Source of the DNA: a virus
Strand: one strand, 5' to 3'
Virus record (IMG/VR): IMGVR_UViG_3300014501_000003
Span: 1 to 64,000 of that record
Length of the DNA stretch: 64,000 bases
Under the pieces are notes generated by a model that was not told where the DNA came from, made no database searches, and saw only the letters and a list, made by a program, of their open reading frames with translations. How positions within the stretch are numbered: position 1 is the first letter of the stretch; each line of letters opens with the position of its first letter. Both the position numbers and the translations under genes were made by a program. This document shows positions 9,004 to 17,186 of the stretch, in pieces.

Positions 9004-9314
9004 CGCAGCTTCACAAGGTCAGCGATGGTCGTGATGAGCTTGTCGTCGGCATCCGCTAGGCGCTCGCAGAGATCCTCCGGTATGCGATCCGAGTACAGGA
9101 ACGCGGCTGCGGCGAGGGTGTCGCGGATGCCGACCCTCGCGCACTTCTCGGCGTGGACGCGCGAGCGCTCCTGATCCACCACGACGAACGCATCCTCCGC
9201 TGTCCGTCCCTCTTGCCAAGACTCGATCCTCAGCGCAAGATCATCGACCGGCACGACAAGCCATGCTCGGCCTCGCTCGCCTGCCTTGGCAGTGTGGGAG
9301 GGGGTGGGGGTCAC
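9000..9314 (-). CDS. Hypothetical protein, 104 aa
   Basis: GTG 9314 forms a GTGA overlap with the upstream stop. The track ORF extends further through an Arg-rich segment. Confidence 0.65.
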   Translation of the reverse strand: MTPTPSHTAKAGERGRAWLVVPVDDLALRIESWQEGRTAEDAFVVVDQERSRVHAEKCARVGIRDTLAAAAFLYSDRIPEDLCERLADADDKLITTIADLVKLR

Positions 9315-9760
9315 GCGGCGGCGACCTCCCAGCGGAATCGTTCCTGCGGGTCGCCGGGATCGCGCGGGCGCGTCGGAGTGGTCCACTCGCGGCCTTTGAC
9401 CTCAGCCACGATGCGCAGACCAGCAGCGCGCAGGCTCGCGCCGCTCTCCGATTGCAGGGTGTAGGTGACGAGCTTCGTGTAGCCGAGCGCCCGAGCTGCG
9501 CGCCAGCAAGCGCCATACAGGAACGAGCAGGCGTTGGGTGTGCCCGTCGTGCAGAGCCGTAGAACCTCGACCGTCCATCCATCCTGTAGGCCGCCAGCGA
9601 CCGGACGCCCGACGATCGCCACTCCCACCAGCTCATCGCCAAGCGCCGCCCCGAGCGCGAAGCGGTAGCCGACCGTGACCTTGGAGTGTCGGTGATGACG
9701 TTCGACGTAGGCGTTGGCCTCGTCGCGCATCATCGGCACGATCCGCAGTCGCTCGCTCAC
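9311..9760 (-). CDS. GNAT-fold-like acetyltransferase candidate, 149 aa
   Basis: GTG 9760 is coupled (GTGA) to a 50-codon mini-ORF. VGVAIVGRP ... NACSFLYGACWRAARALGY ... SGASLRAAG resembles a GNAT core. Confidence 0.6.
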   Translation of the reverse strand: MSERLRIVPMMRDEANAYVERHHRHSKVTVGYRFALGAALGDELVGVAIVGRPVAGGLQDGWTVEVLRLCTTGTPNACSFLYGACWRAARALGYTKLVTYTLQSESGASLRAAGLRIVAEVKGREWTTPTRPRDPGDPQERFRWEVAAA

Positions 9761-9778
9761 CCCCTCGCCGCCCTCTCG
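9757..9778 (-). repeat. Gene-junction motif, copy 1
   Basis: The minus strand reads GAGAGGGCGGCGAGGGGGTGA, ending the 50-aa ORF with RAARG-stop and overlapping the next GTG. Confidence 0.6.
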
Positions 9779-9909
9779 TGAGCTTGCTCCGAGACGATCC
9801 GGCAGAGAGCGAGGAATCCGAGGTAGGCGAGATAGATCGTGGGGGCATCGGCGTACCTCCAGAGCCAGAGCTCCGCATATGTCGCTTGGATGGCGAGGTC
9901 GCCGCTCAT
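9757..9909 (-). CDS. Small membrane-like protein, 50 aa (below the track cutoff)
   Basis: ATGA overlap at 9906..9909 and GTGA overlap at 9757..9760 bridge an apparent gap. Has a hydrophobic core and ends RAARG-stop. Confidence 0.5.
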   Translation of the reverse strand: MSGDLAIQATYAELWLWRYADAPTIYLAYLGFLALCRIVSEQAHERAARG

Positions 9910-10502
9910 GCCACGCGCTCAAGTGCCAGCAGCTCATCCAGCCGCGCCTCGACCTCGGGGCGCTCAAGCTCCTGCCCGAGATACACGCTCGCGTAGTACC
10001 CGGCCACGTAGGGGCGGAACCACTCGGAGTGCGACCACGGCCATATGCGGTGCATCTGGACCTTGCCTTGGATCTGCAGATGGCAGCGTTGGCAGAGCGC
10101 GGCGAGGTTCCACCAGCGGCAGTTGGCCTTGTTCATGTCGAGGTGGTGGACGGTGAGGATGCGCCAGGCCGCCTCGATGCGGCACGTCGGGTAGGCGTTG
10201 CGGATGTCGGCGAGCTTGGCAAGGGGGTCGAAGGGTCCTTCGCGCAGCACGTCGCCATCGGGGGTAATCAACCGGAACGGGCCGTCGTGCTCGCACCGCT
10301 CGTCGCAAGCCGACCACTCGCCGGCACCCTTGGCGTACGGATGAAGGCAGCGAATGCAGCGGTGTGCGGCTTCGATCCGCACCACCTCCTTGATCCCCGC
10401 GTCCGCGCCGTCCCCCAGCGGCCCAAGATCCGCGCGATGCCACTCGGGCGGGTAGCCATCCGGGCCAAGCTCATCCGGCGCGTAGACGCGGAACACGCTC
10501 AT
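9906..10502 (-). CDS. HNH endonuclease, 198 aa
   Basis: VHHLDMNKANCRWWNLAALCQRCHLQ plus N-terminal Cys pairs. ATG 10502 sits in an ATGA overlap. Confidence 0.85.
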   Translation of the reverse strand: MSVFRVYAPDELGPDGYPPEWHRADLGPLGDGADAGIKEVVRIEAAHRCIRCLHPYAKGAGEWSACDERCEHDGPFRLITPDGDVLREGPFDPLAKLADIRNAYPTCRIEAAWRILTVHHLDMNKANCRWWNLAALCQRCHLQIQGKVQMHRIWPWSHSEWFRPYVAGYYASVYLGQELERPEVEARLDELLALERVA

Positions 10503-10708
10503 CGCGCCTGCACCACGAACCGATCCACCGGAGCATCCGCCAACCCGTTCTCCCACTCCGCCTGCCGTACAGCCACGCCCTCGTCCTCATAGGGTCCTGC
10601 AACGGGGAGTCCTGTCCTTGAGTTAACGACGTAGAAGCCGGGGCGTTGGCTTCGCTGGGCGAGCTGGGCCATCGCTGCGCGGTTCGCCCCTTCGCTTGCG
10701 GGCCTCAT
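10499..10708 (-). CDS. Hypothetical protein, 69 aa
   Basis: ATG 10708 forms an ATGA overlap with the upstream stop. Confidence 0.6.
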   Translation of the reverse strand: MRPASEGANRAAMAQLAQRSQRPGFYVVNSRTGLPVAGPYEDEGVAVRQAEWENGLADAPVDRFVVQAR

Positions 10709-10911
10709 CGAACGCTCCATGTGCCGGTCGGATGACGGCGGGCGTGGGGCGAGCGGGCGAGCGCGGCAGCTACGGCCTGGTAGGAGACGGGTTTGTATTT
10801 CTCTGATAGCTCCCTGGCGATCTCGCGAGGGAAGGATTGGCCGAGTCTGACCAGAGAACCGACGACCATGTTGTCGAAGCCCGGACCATCGGCGAGGGAG
10901 CGTTCGCTCAC
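10705..10911 (-). CDS. Small helix-turn-helix-like protein, 68 aa
   Basis: Track ORF with GTGA coupling. FPREIARELSEKYKPVSYQAVAAALAR. Confidence 0.65.
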   Translation of the reverse strand: MSERSLADGPGFDNMVVGSLVRLGQSFPREIARELSEKYKPVSYQAVAAALARSPHARRHPTGTWSVR

Positions 10912-11222
10912 CGCTCGACCTCATACTCGTGATCCTCTACAGCCTCGGGTGAGAGCCCCCGTTCGTCATCCCACACGACAAGAGGAAGGTCTAGCGATGG
11001 ATCATGGGAGACGACCACCCCGCGTGCCCACCGTCGGTGCCCCTCCCCATCACACACGGAGCGAGTGCGGGACTCCACGCGGGTACCGGTGGGGATGCGG
11101 CGGCGGAGGCCGAGCTTCTGTATTCGTTCGCGGTCGGCGGCGGCCTTGAGCGTGCGGTTGAACTCCTCGCGGCTCGGGGTGAAGTGGGCTCCCTCGCGGG
11201 AGAATGAGGCGGAGGGGGTCAC
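10908..11222 (-). CDS. Hypothetical protein, 104 aa
   Basis: Track ORF with 4-nt overlaps on both sides. Confidence 0.65.
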   Translation of the reverse strand: MTPSASFSREGAHFTPSREEFNRTLKAAADRERIQKLGLRRRIPTGTRVESRTRSVCDGEGHRRWARGVVVSHDPSLDLPLVVWDDERGLSPEAVEDHEYEVER

Positions 11223-11413
11223 GACACGGCCTCGCGCAGATCGTCCAGGCTGACGGTGATCGATTCAAGGCCGCTTTGTGTCGGGTTGCCGAGACGCACG
11301 CGCCCGTCGTCCAAGAGCGTGACGCCGACCTTGCCGCGCCACGTCTCGGTCCGGTCGAACTGGCCGACGCTCGCTATCTCCGCGTCGATCTGGACCGTGC
11401 GCTCAACGCTCAC
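11219..11413 (-). CDS. Hypothetical protein, 64 aa
   Basis: GTG 11413 sits in a GTGA overlap immediately after a junction-motif copy. Confidence 0.55.
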   Translation of the reverse strand: MSVERTVQIDAEIASVGQFDRTETWRGKVGVTLLDDGRVRLGNPTQSGLESITVSLDDLREAVS

Positions 11414-11430
11414 CCTCTCACCGCCCGCCG
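11410..11430 (-). repeat. Gene-junction motif, copy 2
   Basis: CGGGCGGTGAGAGGGTGA followed by GCGTTGAG. The ORF ends RAVRG-stop. Confidence 0.6.
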
Positions 11431-11592
11431 CTTGATCGTCAGTTGGACGGTGCCCGACTTCGGCCACACCTGCTGCGAGGAGATGTGCCAGTCCTGGGCG
11501 GTGAACACGAGGTATTTGTCCGCATCAAGGTCGCGGCGCTCGACCTCCTGTCCATCTTCGTAGATGGGGTATCCACTTAGATGGCCCGTCAT
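11410..11592 (-). CDS. Hypothetical protein, 60 aa
   Basis: ATG 11592 sits in an ATGA overlap. The protein ends RRAVRG-stop. Confidence 0.6.
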   Translation of the reverse strand: MTGHLSGYPIYEDGQEVERRDLDADKYLVFTAQDWHISSQQVWPKSGTVQLTIKRRAVRG

Positions 11593-11843
11593 GGGGACCG
11601 TTCCCGTCCCATAAACCAGTCCGCTACGGCTCGACCCTTCGGCTTCCACTCTTCGCCTCCAGGCGTAAAGACGCGCACGCTGCGGCCTGTGCGGGAAGCA
11701 TAGATGTGCAGTTCCTTCCCAGCGTCGCTCTTGATCGAGACGCATACACGCCCGTCGGGCAGCGAAGTTGCACGCTGGACTAGTAGCGCCCCGAATTGGA
11801 AGCCATATTGCGTGTGCGAGCCCCGGTTTTTCTCCCGGCTCAC
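11589..11843 (-). CDS. Hypothetical protein, 84 aa
   Basis: GTG 11843 sits in a GTGA overlap. Confidence 0.6.
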   Translation of the reverse strand: MSREKNRGSHTQYGFQFGALLVQRATSLPDGRVCVSIKSDAGKELHIYASRTGRSVRVFTPGGEEWKPKGRAVADWFMGRERSP

Positions 11844-12259
11844 GGGACCAGCTCCTCGACGCGAAGATGCAGGGCGCGAGTCTCGCGGCAGAGCCACGCG
11901 TCGCACTCCCCAAAAGGCTCGATGTGCTGCGGTGAGCCGTCGCGGCGGTGGACCATCTCGGCCAGCTCCCAGCCCCACACGTCCAGCTCACGCAAGAGCG
12001 TAAAGGCGCTTTTCAGCTCGCCCGTCATCGCTTCGATGTCTCGAAGTCGCGCCTGGTATTTCGCCTCCCAGCCGTCCCACTCGCGGTGCAAGCGCTCGTC
12101 AAGCGCGTCATAGGCCGCTGCGTCTACTACCTCGGCCCCGACGCTAACCTCGGGACCGACCAAGATGATGCCGCCCGTGAGTGGTTCCGGTTTTGCTAGG
12201 TCGAACCGTGGCAGCGATGCCACCGTCCATCGCGATACTTGGTTGCCTGTATCAGACAC
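11840..12259 (-). CDS. Hypothetical protein, 139 aa
   Basis: Track ORF with acidic, Trp-rich, protein-like composition. Confidence 0.7.
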   Translation of the reverse strand: MSDTGNQVSRWTVASLPRFDLAKPEPLTGGIILVGPEVSVGAEVVDAAAYDALDERLHREWDGWEAKYQARLRDIEAMTGELKSAFTLLRELDVWGWELAEMVHRRDGSPQHIEPFGECDAWLCRETRALHLRVEELVP

Positions 12260-12479
12260 CTTGCGCCCTCTCCACCGACTCCTTCAGCACACGGCGTCCC
12301 ACAACAGTCAGCCGCCACACCGGCAGTCGGCCCACATCCATCGGCGAGACGAGATGTTTGCTCGCTAGTTCGCGAGCTACGACGTACTCCTCGCCCGCAT
12401 TGCCTGCGTACTCATCGCCAAGGTTGATCGACTCTAAGAGCGCAAGCTGCTTCGATGTGAGGATTGTGAGCGGGGTCAT
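12252..12479 (-). CDS. Hypothetical protein, 75 aa
   Basis: Track ORF. ATG sits in an ATGA overlap. Confidence 0.65.
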   Translation of the reverse strand: MTPLTILTSKQLALLESINLGDEYAGNAGEEYVVARELASKHLVSPMDVGRLPVWRLTVVGRRVLKESVERAQGV

Positions 12480-12709
12480 CGCTCAAGGTCCCGCGCGTAG
12501 CGAGCTGCGATCCGCCAGTCTTCGGTCGGTTGAGTCTGCTCCCCCTCCGCGTAAGGCAGCTCGACCTCCTCAACGACGATAAAACGCTCGCTCTTCCGCC
12601 GCATCGGGAGCGGCTCATAGGCTGCGATTGCGAGGCTCTTTAGATCAAGCAGGAACCGCCGTGGCGGTTTACGACCGGACGGACTAGTGGTTGCCCGGGG
12701 ATCACGCAC
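12476..12709 (-). CDS. Hypothetical protein, start uncertain
   Basis: The confident core starts at ATG 12604 (MRRKSERFIVVEEVELPY...). Upstream candidates are GTG 12709 and TTG 12724, but GC3 is low there. Confidence 0.45.
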   Translation of the reverse strand: MRDPRATTSPSGRKPPRRFLLDLKSLAIAAYEPLPMRRKSERFIVVEEVELPYAEGEQTQPTEDWRIAARYARDLER

Positions 12710-12899
12710 TAGCCTGTGCTCCAAACGGATAGCGACCGGCGATAAGGGCCTGAAGCTCGTCTAAAACCCTTTCGTACTCGGCTTCGGTGCCGCCACGATA
12801 GATTGACGCACAGTCTTCGCAGCGGCGCATGATACGTTCATCCATCTCGTGTAGGGCGATCCACTCAGCTTCGGTGAGGGAGCGGCCTACGCCGTTCAT
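12702..12899 (-). CDS. Hypothetical protein, 65 aa
   Basis: ATG 12899 forms an ATGA overlap with a 21-codon mini-ORF. Confidence 0.6.
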   Translation of the reverse strand: MNGVGRSLTEAEWIALHEMDERIMRRCEDCASIYRGGTEAEYERVLDELQALIAGRYPFGAQASA

Positions 12900-12961
12900 G
12901 CCGCACTCCGGGCCATCAAAGTGGATACCCCATCTTCGTAGACCACGACCTCGACGCTCAC
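12896..12961 (-). CDS. 21-codon bridging mini-ORF
   Basis: GTGA overlap at 12958..12961 and ATGA overlap at 12896..12899 keep the coupling chain unbroken. Confidence 0.3.
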   Translation of the reverse strand: MSVEVVVYEDGVSTLMARSAA

Positions 12962-12990
12962 CCCCGCACCGCCCGATTCCGCGACTCGGG
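12958..12990 (-). repeat. Gene-junction motif, copy 3
   Basis: GAGTCGCGGAATCGGGCGGTGCGGGGGTGA followed by GCGTCGAG. The ORF ends SRNRAVRG-stop. Confidence 0.65.
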
Positions 12991-13182
12991 AAGCTCTCCA
13001 GCCTGACGCGCGATCCGATCAATGAACTGCTGGCGCCACCAGTCCCATTCGGGCTCGTCGGGGATGTCGCTGGGGCGCAGATCAAGCAGGACGGTCACGA
13101 CGTCTTCCAGGGCGCGGCGGTCCATCTCGCCGCTCATGCGCATCGCCTTGCTGCTCGCGGGGCCGTGCGAGTAGACGCCCAT
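12958..13182 (-). CDS. Hypothetical protein, 74 aa
   Basis: Track ORF. TGATG junction with the upstream gene. Ends SRNRAVRG-stop. Confidence 0.65.
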   Translation of the reverse strand: MGVYSHGPASSKAMRMSGEMDRRALEDVVTVLLDLRPSDIPDEPEWDWWRQQFIDRIARQAGELPESRNRAVRG

Positions 13183-13210
13183 CAGCCCCTCACCGCCCGA
13201 TTACGACTCG
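13182..13210 (-). repeat. Gene-junction motif, copy 4
   Basis: GAGTCGTAATCGGGCGGTGAGGGGCTGA. The ORF ends SRNRAVRG-stop and TGATG starts the next gene. Confidence 0.65.
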
Positions 13211-14081
13211 CACACGCACTCTCTACCGGCCGGTTCGCCCGGAACCATGCGAGCCCCGCGTCTACCCGCCAGTCCTCATGGTCGGCTATTGCTGAGTGCT
13301 GCTCTAGGTTCCAGTCTCCGGAGGCAGGGAGGACGATCACGCGGCGATGGGAGGCGGGCTCGGCGCCGGACTGGACCGCGGCACGCTCGTATAGGTTCAC
13401 GCCCCAATGCGCGTGCGGATAGATGGCGCCGTTGGCCTGCGTCTTGAACTCGTCCGTCTCGAGAAGGCCGCCGATGATGGCGCGCATGTCGAGCCGGCCG
13501 GCGTAGCCGTCGTCCGGGTTCACGACCAACTGCTCGATCGCCACCGGCTCGGGTTTCAACTTGAGGATCGCCTTCACCCACGAGCGCAGGTAGCCCCGGT
13601 GCTCCTCGGGATGGTCCAGCAGCTTCGGCGGCTCGCCCGTGAGCATGTAGTCCTCGTTTACGGCGTGTACGTCGAGGCCGCGGTCGGCGGCGCGTTTCGT
13701 CGCGGCTCGCGCGCCGAGGCCCTGCTCGCGCACGACGGCGATCGCGTGCTCTGCCCGGCTCGTCTCGGTCAGCATCCCCGCCTTGAACGCCAGAAGCGCG
13801 CCTTCGATCCCGCGTTCCTCAGACCAGTGCGGCACGCCGTCCTTCGGGCAGATGCAGTCGCAGATCCGGCTCACCGAGGGCAGGCGCACCCCCCGCTCAC
13901 CGCTTGGCGTCCACACGTACTCGCGGTAGGGGCGCACACGGGGGATCCCGTCGCGGGTCAGCCAGCCTGCCGGGGCCTCGCGGTAGATGACCTCGCCGCC
14001 GGGGACCTCGCGCGTGCGCTCAACCTCCCAGGCTCCGGGGGTCTGCGAGGGGTCGGAGACGAGGGCGAGGTCAGGTGACAT
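13182..14081 (-). CDS. PD-(D/E)XK (RecB/Cas4-like) nuclease candidate, 299 aa
   Basis: GRLDMRAI ... ETDEFKT fits the D...(D/E)xK pattern. ATG 14081 chosen as start. Ends SRNRAVRG-stop. Confidence 0.7.
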   Translation of the reverse strand: MSPDLALVSDPSQTPGAWEVERTREVPGGEVIYREAPAGWLTRDGIPRVRPYREYVWTPSGERGVRLPSVSRICDCICPKDGVPHWSEERGIEGALLAFKAGMLTETSRAEHAIAVVREQGLGARAATKRAADRGLDVHAVNEDYMLTGEPPKLLDHPEEHRGYLRSWVKAILKLKPEPVAIEQLVVNPDDGYAGRLDMRAIIGGLLETDEFKTQANGAIYPHAHWGVNLYERAAVQSGAEPASHRRVIVLPASGDWNLEQHSAIADHEDWRVDAGLAWFRANRPVESACASRNRAVRG

Positions 14082-14364
14082 CGGACACCACCGGACAGGT
14101 CGCGAAGTGTGGATGCGTGCTGACGTAATCCGGCGCAGGGCCGCCGCAGCACTGCAACGGGCTGCGCTCGGCACCGTGGACGATGGTCATCGCGACACGC
14201 TCGCCCCAGGCCGCAACGAACACGTTCTCGATCCGTTCGTCGTCGCCTTCCAATCGCGGCGCGGCCAGCTCGGCGGCGTCCTCTGCGGTCGGCGCCCCGA
14301 CAATGACGCACTCGGTGTTGCCGCCCGACGGCTCATCGAACTGCGTGACGATCCACCGCTTCAT
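14071..14364 (-). CDS. Hypothetical protein, 97 aa
   Basis: ATG 14364 forms an ATGA overlap with a 43-codon mini-ORF. Confidence 0.6.
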   Translation of the reverse strand: MKRWIVTQFDEPSGGNTECVIVGAPTAEDAAELAAPRLEGDDERIENVFVAAWGERVAMTIVHGAERSPLQCCGGPAPDYVSTHPHFATCPVVSDVT

Positions 14365-14492
14365 CGCGCCCGCACCTGTAGCCCCGCTACCTGCTCGATC
14401 TGCACTCCGGGGATCTCTCTGACCCCGGCTTTCGCGCCAACCGTCGAGAGCAGGCTCGACTCGCCGCGAATGTCGCCTTGCTCGCCACTCAT
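14361..14492 (-). CDS. Small protein, 43 aa (below the track cutoff)
   Basis: ATGA overlaps at both ends (14489..14492 and 14361..14364) fill an apparent 124-nt gap. Confidence 0.5.
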   Translation of the reverse strand: MSGEQGDIRGESSLLSTVGAKAGVREIPGVQIEQVAGLQVRAR

Positions 14493-14800
14493 GTCCGGCC
14501 CGCCATATGCTCTGCCAACGCTCGCCGGTCCTCATCGGAGATTTCAGCAGGCGTCACGGGCTCGGGCCGTGCTTTGGCGGGCCTCTTGCGCTTCGGTGGG
14601 GTGACGTACCAGTCCCAGGCATCGACGGATGAGCCCTTGACGGTGACGACTGAGCTACTTCCCGCTCGCCAGCCCTTTTTGGACAGCTTGAAGGTCCGGT
14701 GTGACTCGGGGGCGATGGCCTTGGCGAACTCCCCTCGGTTGACGCTGCCGTACAGCCAGACGCCCGCCACCAGCACGGCGATCTTGCCGCGGAGGGTCAC
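14489..14800 (-). CDS. Membrane-anchored hypothetical protein, 103 aa
   Basis: Track ORF with an N-terminal hydrophobic helix (IAVLVAGVWLYG). Confidence 0.65.
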   Translation of the reverse strand: MTLRGKIAVLVAGVWLYGSVNRGEFAKAIAPESHRTFKLSKKGWRAGSSSVVTVKGSSVDAWDWYVTPPKRKRPAKARPEPVTPAEISDEDRRALAEHMAGRT

Positions 14801-15072
14801 GGCTTGCCCGCTTCGTCGAGCGTGATCGTCTGCACCTCGGCCAGCTCGTGCACCCGCAGATACCCCCCGTGCTCAAGCGTGACCTGCTGCAAGGTGCGCG
14901 TGTAGTCGCCGGGTGTCCAAGCCTGGGAGACACAGGTTGCTCGCCGGCGGGTGACCCGGTGGCATGGGCTGACCTTGATCGTGGCGTGCTGGCCGTGCCA
15001 GTAGTCGCGTTCGGTCGTCTCTACCGCCTTGTGGGCCGCGGCGAGCGAGAGGATTGCGAGGGCTAGGATCAC
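14797..15072 (-). CDS. Signal/TM-bearing hypothetical protein, 91 aa
   Basis: Track ORF with N-terminus MILALAILSLAAA. Confidence 0.65.
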   Translation of the reverse strand: MILALAILSLAAAHKAVETTERDYWHGQHATIKVSPCHRVTRRRATCVSQAWTPGDYTRTLQQVTLEHGGYLRVHELAEVQTITLDEAGKP

Positions 15073-15176
15073 GGGCGCGATAGGCTCTGCACGGGCGACT
15101 CGGCCGGGGGGGCAGCCGACACCGCGGAGGAATTGGCGGCGGGGTGATCGCCGCCCGTGCAGATTTGGTCAGTCAT
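15069..15176 (-). CDS. Possible 35-aa bridging mini-ORF
   Basis: ATG 15176 overlaps the upstream stop and its TGA overlaps GTG 15072. GC3 is high, but the region also folds (inverted repeat 15087..15097 / 15152..15162). Confidence 0.35.
   Translation of the reverse strand: MTDQICTGGDHPAANSSAVSAAPPAESPVQSLSRP
15135..15155 (-). other. GC hairpin nested in an 11-bp long-range inverted repeat
   Basis: GGCGGCG / CGCCGCC 7-bp stem with a 7-nt loop. The outer arms CTGCACGGGCG / CGCCCGTGCAG are perfect. Confidence 0.35.
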
Positions 15177-15501
15177 CGGTCATGCCGATGCCGTTGAGGT
15201 CAGCGAGTTGGATCAGCCGCTCGGTGTAGTCGTCATTCCACTCGTCTTTGAGGGCGACGAACGCGGGGCTCGCGATCCGCTGGGCGATCTCATCCTGCAG
15301 GTCGATGGTCAAGCTCACGCCGTCGTCGGTGCGCTCCGATCCCACGACCTTGCCGACGGGCTCGCCGTCGAAGTTGACCCTCACCGGCATCCCCTTGGCC
15401 TGCGCGGCGAAGCGGTCCAGGCACTCGGGTGAGAAGATGTAGTGGACGGGGCTCGCCGGGTGCGACTCCGTGGCCAGCTTGACTTGGATGCTCACGCGCA
15501 C
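15169..15501 (-). CDS. Hypothetical protein, 110 aa
   Basis: Track ORF with protein-like composition. Confidence 0.7.
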   Translation of the reverse strand: MRVSIQVKLATESHPASPVHYIFSPECLDRFAAQAKGMPVRVNFDGEPVGKVVGSERTDDGVSLTIDLQDEIAQRIASPAFVALKDEWNDDYTERLIQLADLNGIGMTDD

Positions 15502-15827
15502 GCCCCCGTGAAGTGCTCAAGGTGCCTGCGCGCATCCTCCTGAGAGTGCCGTTCGGCGTGGTGCCATGGACGGCGATGCTCCCGCCCGGCCTCGGCCAGT
15601 ACGCCCGGCCAGTCGATCTCCACCGTCTCGCAGACAAGGTGGGCATGGTAGTCGCAGGTCGGTACCGCGCCGATGAGCCAGTTTGCGTCCATCGCGCATA
15701 GCTCCGTGCGGTCCTCGAGCGGGGCGTCGGCCTCGGGCGTGCCCGGCAGCACCGGCACCCCGCAGCCGATGGTGCCCGTGATCGGGAGCGGGGTGAACTG
15801 GATCTCGGTCACCTCGGCCATTGCCAC
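15492..15827 (-). CDS. Hypothetical protein, 111 aa
   Basis: Track ORF, Cys/His-containing. Confidence 0.7.
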   Translation of the reverse strand: MAMAEVTEIQFTPLPITGTIGCGVPVLPGTPEADAPLEDRTELCAMDANWLIGAVPTCDYHAHLVCETVEIDWPGVLAEAGREHRRPWHHAERHSQEDARRHLEHFTGACA

Positions 15828-15949
15828 TCATCCTCATCGTGTGGAGGCGGCGTGTTCTGATCGGCTCGGCGGCGCACTCGGGCGCCGAACGCGAGCACGA
15901 TGGCGATGTACGCCAGAACGCAGAGGGCGATGATGAGGGGGAGGCTCAC
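15809..15949 (-). CDS. Small single-pass membrane protein, 46 aa (below the track cutoff)
   Basis: GTG 15949 sits in a GTGA overlap. Translates VSLPLIIALCVLAYIAIVLAFGARVRRR... Confidence 0.5.
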   Translation of the reverse strand: MSLPLIIALCVLAYIAIVLAFGARVRRRADQNTPPPHDEDEWQWPR

Positions 15950-16176
15950 AACGCGCTGGCTTCCCCGCTCCGCGAGTAGCGCTTGGCGTGGTGCAGCCGC
16001 GTGGCTACCTCGTCGATCTCGTCCGGGTCTAGTGCGACGCGCTGGCGCTTGCCGTCGTAGGTCCCCTCAAGGATCACGACCATCCCCGGTGCCGCGTGGA
16101 TGTCGTGGCTCGCGCACTCGTAGCTGCGCGACTCGACATCGGGGTCGTTCCACCAGTGGGCGAGAGGGAGGCTCAC
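15946..16176 (-). CDS. Hypothetical protein, 76 aa
   Basis: Track ORF. Confidence 0.65.
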   Translation of the reverse strand: MSLPLAHWWNDPDVESRSYECASHDIHAAPGMVVILEGTYDGKRQRVALDPDEIDEVATRLHHAKRYSRSGEASAL

Positions 16177-16364
16177 AACGCCCTCTTAGTGATCTCCCGC
16201 CCGAGCCTATCCCGGCGGATCGTGACATGCTGCTGGACGGGCGCGAGCGGCCGACCGCACTTGCCGCACTCATCGCCATTCCGCCACGGGCGCTCGCACT
16301 CGCAGCCCTTGAGCTTCGCGTCCGCGTAGAGCGCTGGGCCGTAGTTCTCGTGGCCTGTGCTCAT
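16173..16364 (-). CDS. Small Cys-rich protein, 63 aa
   Basis: ATG 16364 sits in an ATGA overlap. CECERPWRNGDECGKC resembles a zinc ribbon. Confidence 0.6.
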   Translation of the reverse strand: MSTGHENYGPALYADAKLKGCECERPWRNGDECGKCGRPLAPVQQHVTIRRDRLGREITKRAL

Positions 16365-16600
16365 GCGCGCTCCCAATCCCCGACCGCTCCGACCGTGCGG
16401 GAAGCGATGAACAGTCCCCTTGCGCGGACGACCGAGACTATGTCGTCCGTCCGCACCGTCCGCTGCCGAGTGATTCTCAGCGCCGTCAGCCACGCCTCAG
16501 CCTCCTCGCTGCTACGGAGGCCGGTCGTCTCGACCTGCGGCGGTTCTATGCCGGGAAGACGGTAGAGGATCGCGTACTCCGTATGCTCGCTCTCGGCCAT
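16361..16600 (-). CDS. Hypothetical protein, 79 aa
   Basis: ATG 16600 sits in an ATGA overlap. Confidence 0.6.
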   Translation of the reverse strand: MAESEHTEYAILYRLPGIEPPQVETTGLRSSEEAEAWLTALRITRQRTVRTDDIVSVVRARGLFIASRTVGAVGDWERA

Positions 16601-16812
16601 CAGGCCTCCCCCTCCGGTGGCCACAACTCCGCCACGCTCACACCCAACGCCTTAGCGATCCTCCGCTGATTGCCAGAGGTGGGGATGTTGACCCCTCGCC
16701 GCCATCGGGACACCTGGGAGACGTTGACGCCGAGCTGGGCGGCGAGCCATTTGCCGGTGCGCCTCTCAGCCTTCAATGCCTCGTCGAGCGGGGTTGTCGT
16801 GACGTTCCTCAT
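16600..16812 (-). CDS. XRE/Cro-like helix-turn-helix regulator, 70 aa
   Basis: KWLAAQLGVNVSQVSRWRRGVNIPTSGNQRRIAKALGV is a classic HTH_XRE pattern. Confidence 0.85.
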   Translation of the reverse strand: MRNVTTTPLDEALKAERRTGKWLAAQLGVNVSQVSRWRRGVNIPTSGNQRRIAKALGVSVAELWPPEGEA

Positions 16813-17108
16813 CGGTCCATCGCGTTTCGCCAGAGTCGGTCCACGACCGCGGTCAAGTGCTCGTCTGTCAGCCGCTGCGCCACCTGCTCCCGAATCTCGT
16901 CAGCGTGGGCGTGAACCTCCTGAGTGACCGCTGCGGCGACCTGCTGCTTGACGATCTGCCCGACCACGCCGCCGTCGAGGTAGCCTTTGCCGAGGGCCTT
17001 TTCGACCTCCTCCGCGACGCGCTTGCGAAGTGTCTCGCCGAGCACAGAGTCCACGATCGCCTTCGTCACGGCCCCCGCGACCTGCTCCTCGCTGAGCTTT
17101 ACGTCCAT
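16809..17108 (-). CDS. Hypothetical protein, 99 aa, first gene of the leftward early operon
   Basis: Track ORF. Its ATG lies 6 nt downstream of a -10 box. Confidence 0.7.
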   Translation of the reverse strand: MDVKLSEEQVAGAVTKAIVDSVLGETLRKRVAEEVEKALGKGYLDGGVVGQIVKQQVAAAVTQEVHAHADEIREQVAQRLTDEHLTAVVDRLWRNAMDR

Positions 17109-17114
17109 GCCGCC

Positions 17115-17144
17115 ACGCTACACGCTCCCCCGGCGCTATGTCAA
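17115..17144 (-). promoter_or_regulatory. Sigma-70/SigA-type promoter giving a leaderless transcript
   Basis: On the minus strand: TTGACA (17144..17139), an 18-nt spacer, then TAGCGT (17120..17115), then 6 nt to ATG 17108. No SD. Confidence 0.5.
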
Positions 17145-17186
17145 TAAGGATTGACGCAATATAGTCCGCTGTTTGCGGGGTTCGGG

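Noticed and set aside
15087-15162. Pure RNA-structure interpretation of the 96-nt gap
   Set aside because: Not rejected outright. The 11-bp inverted repeat and inner hairpin are real, but a 35-codon ORF with coupling overlaps at both ends explains the same sequence, so the structure call is kept at low confidence.
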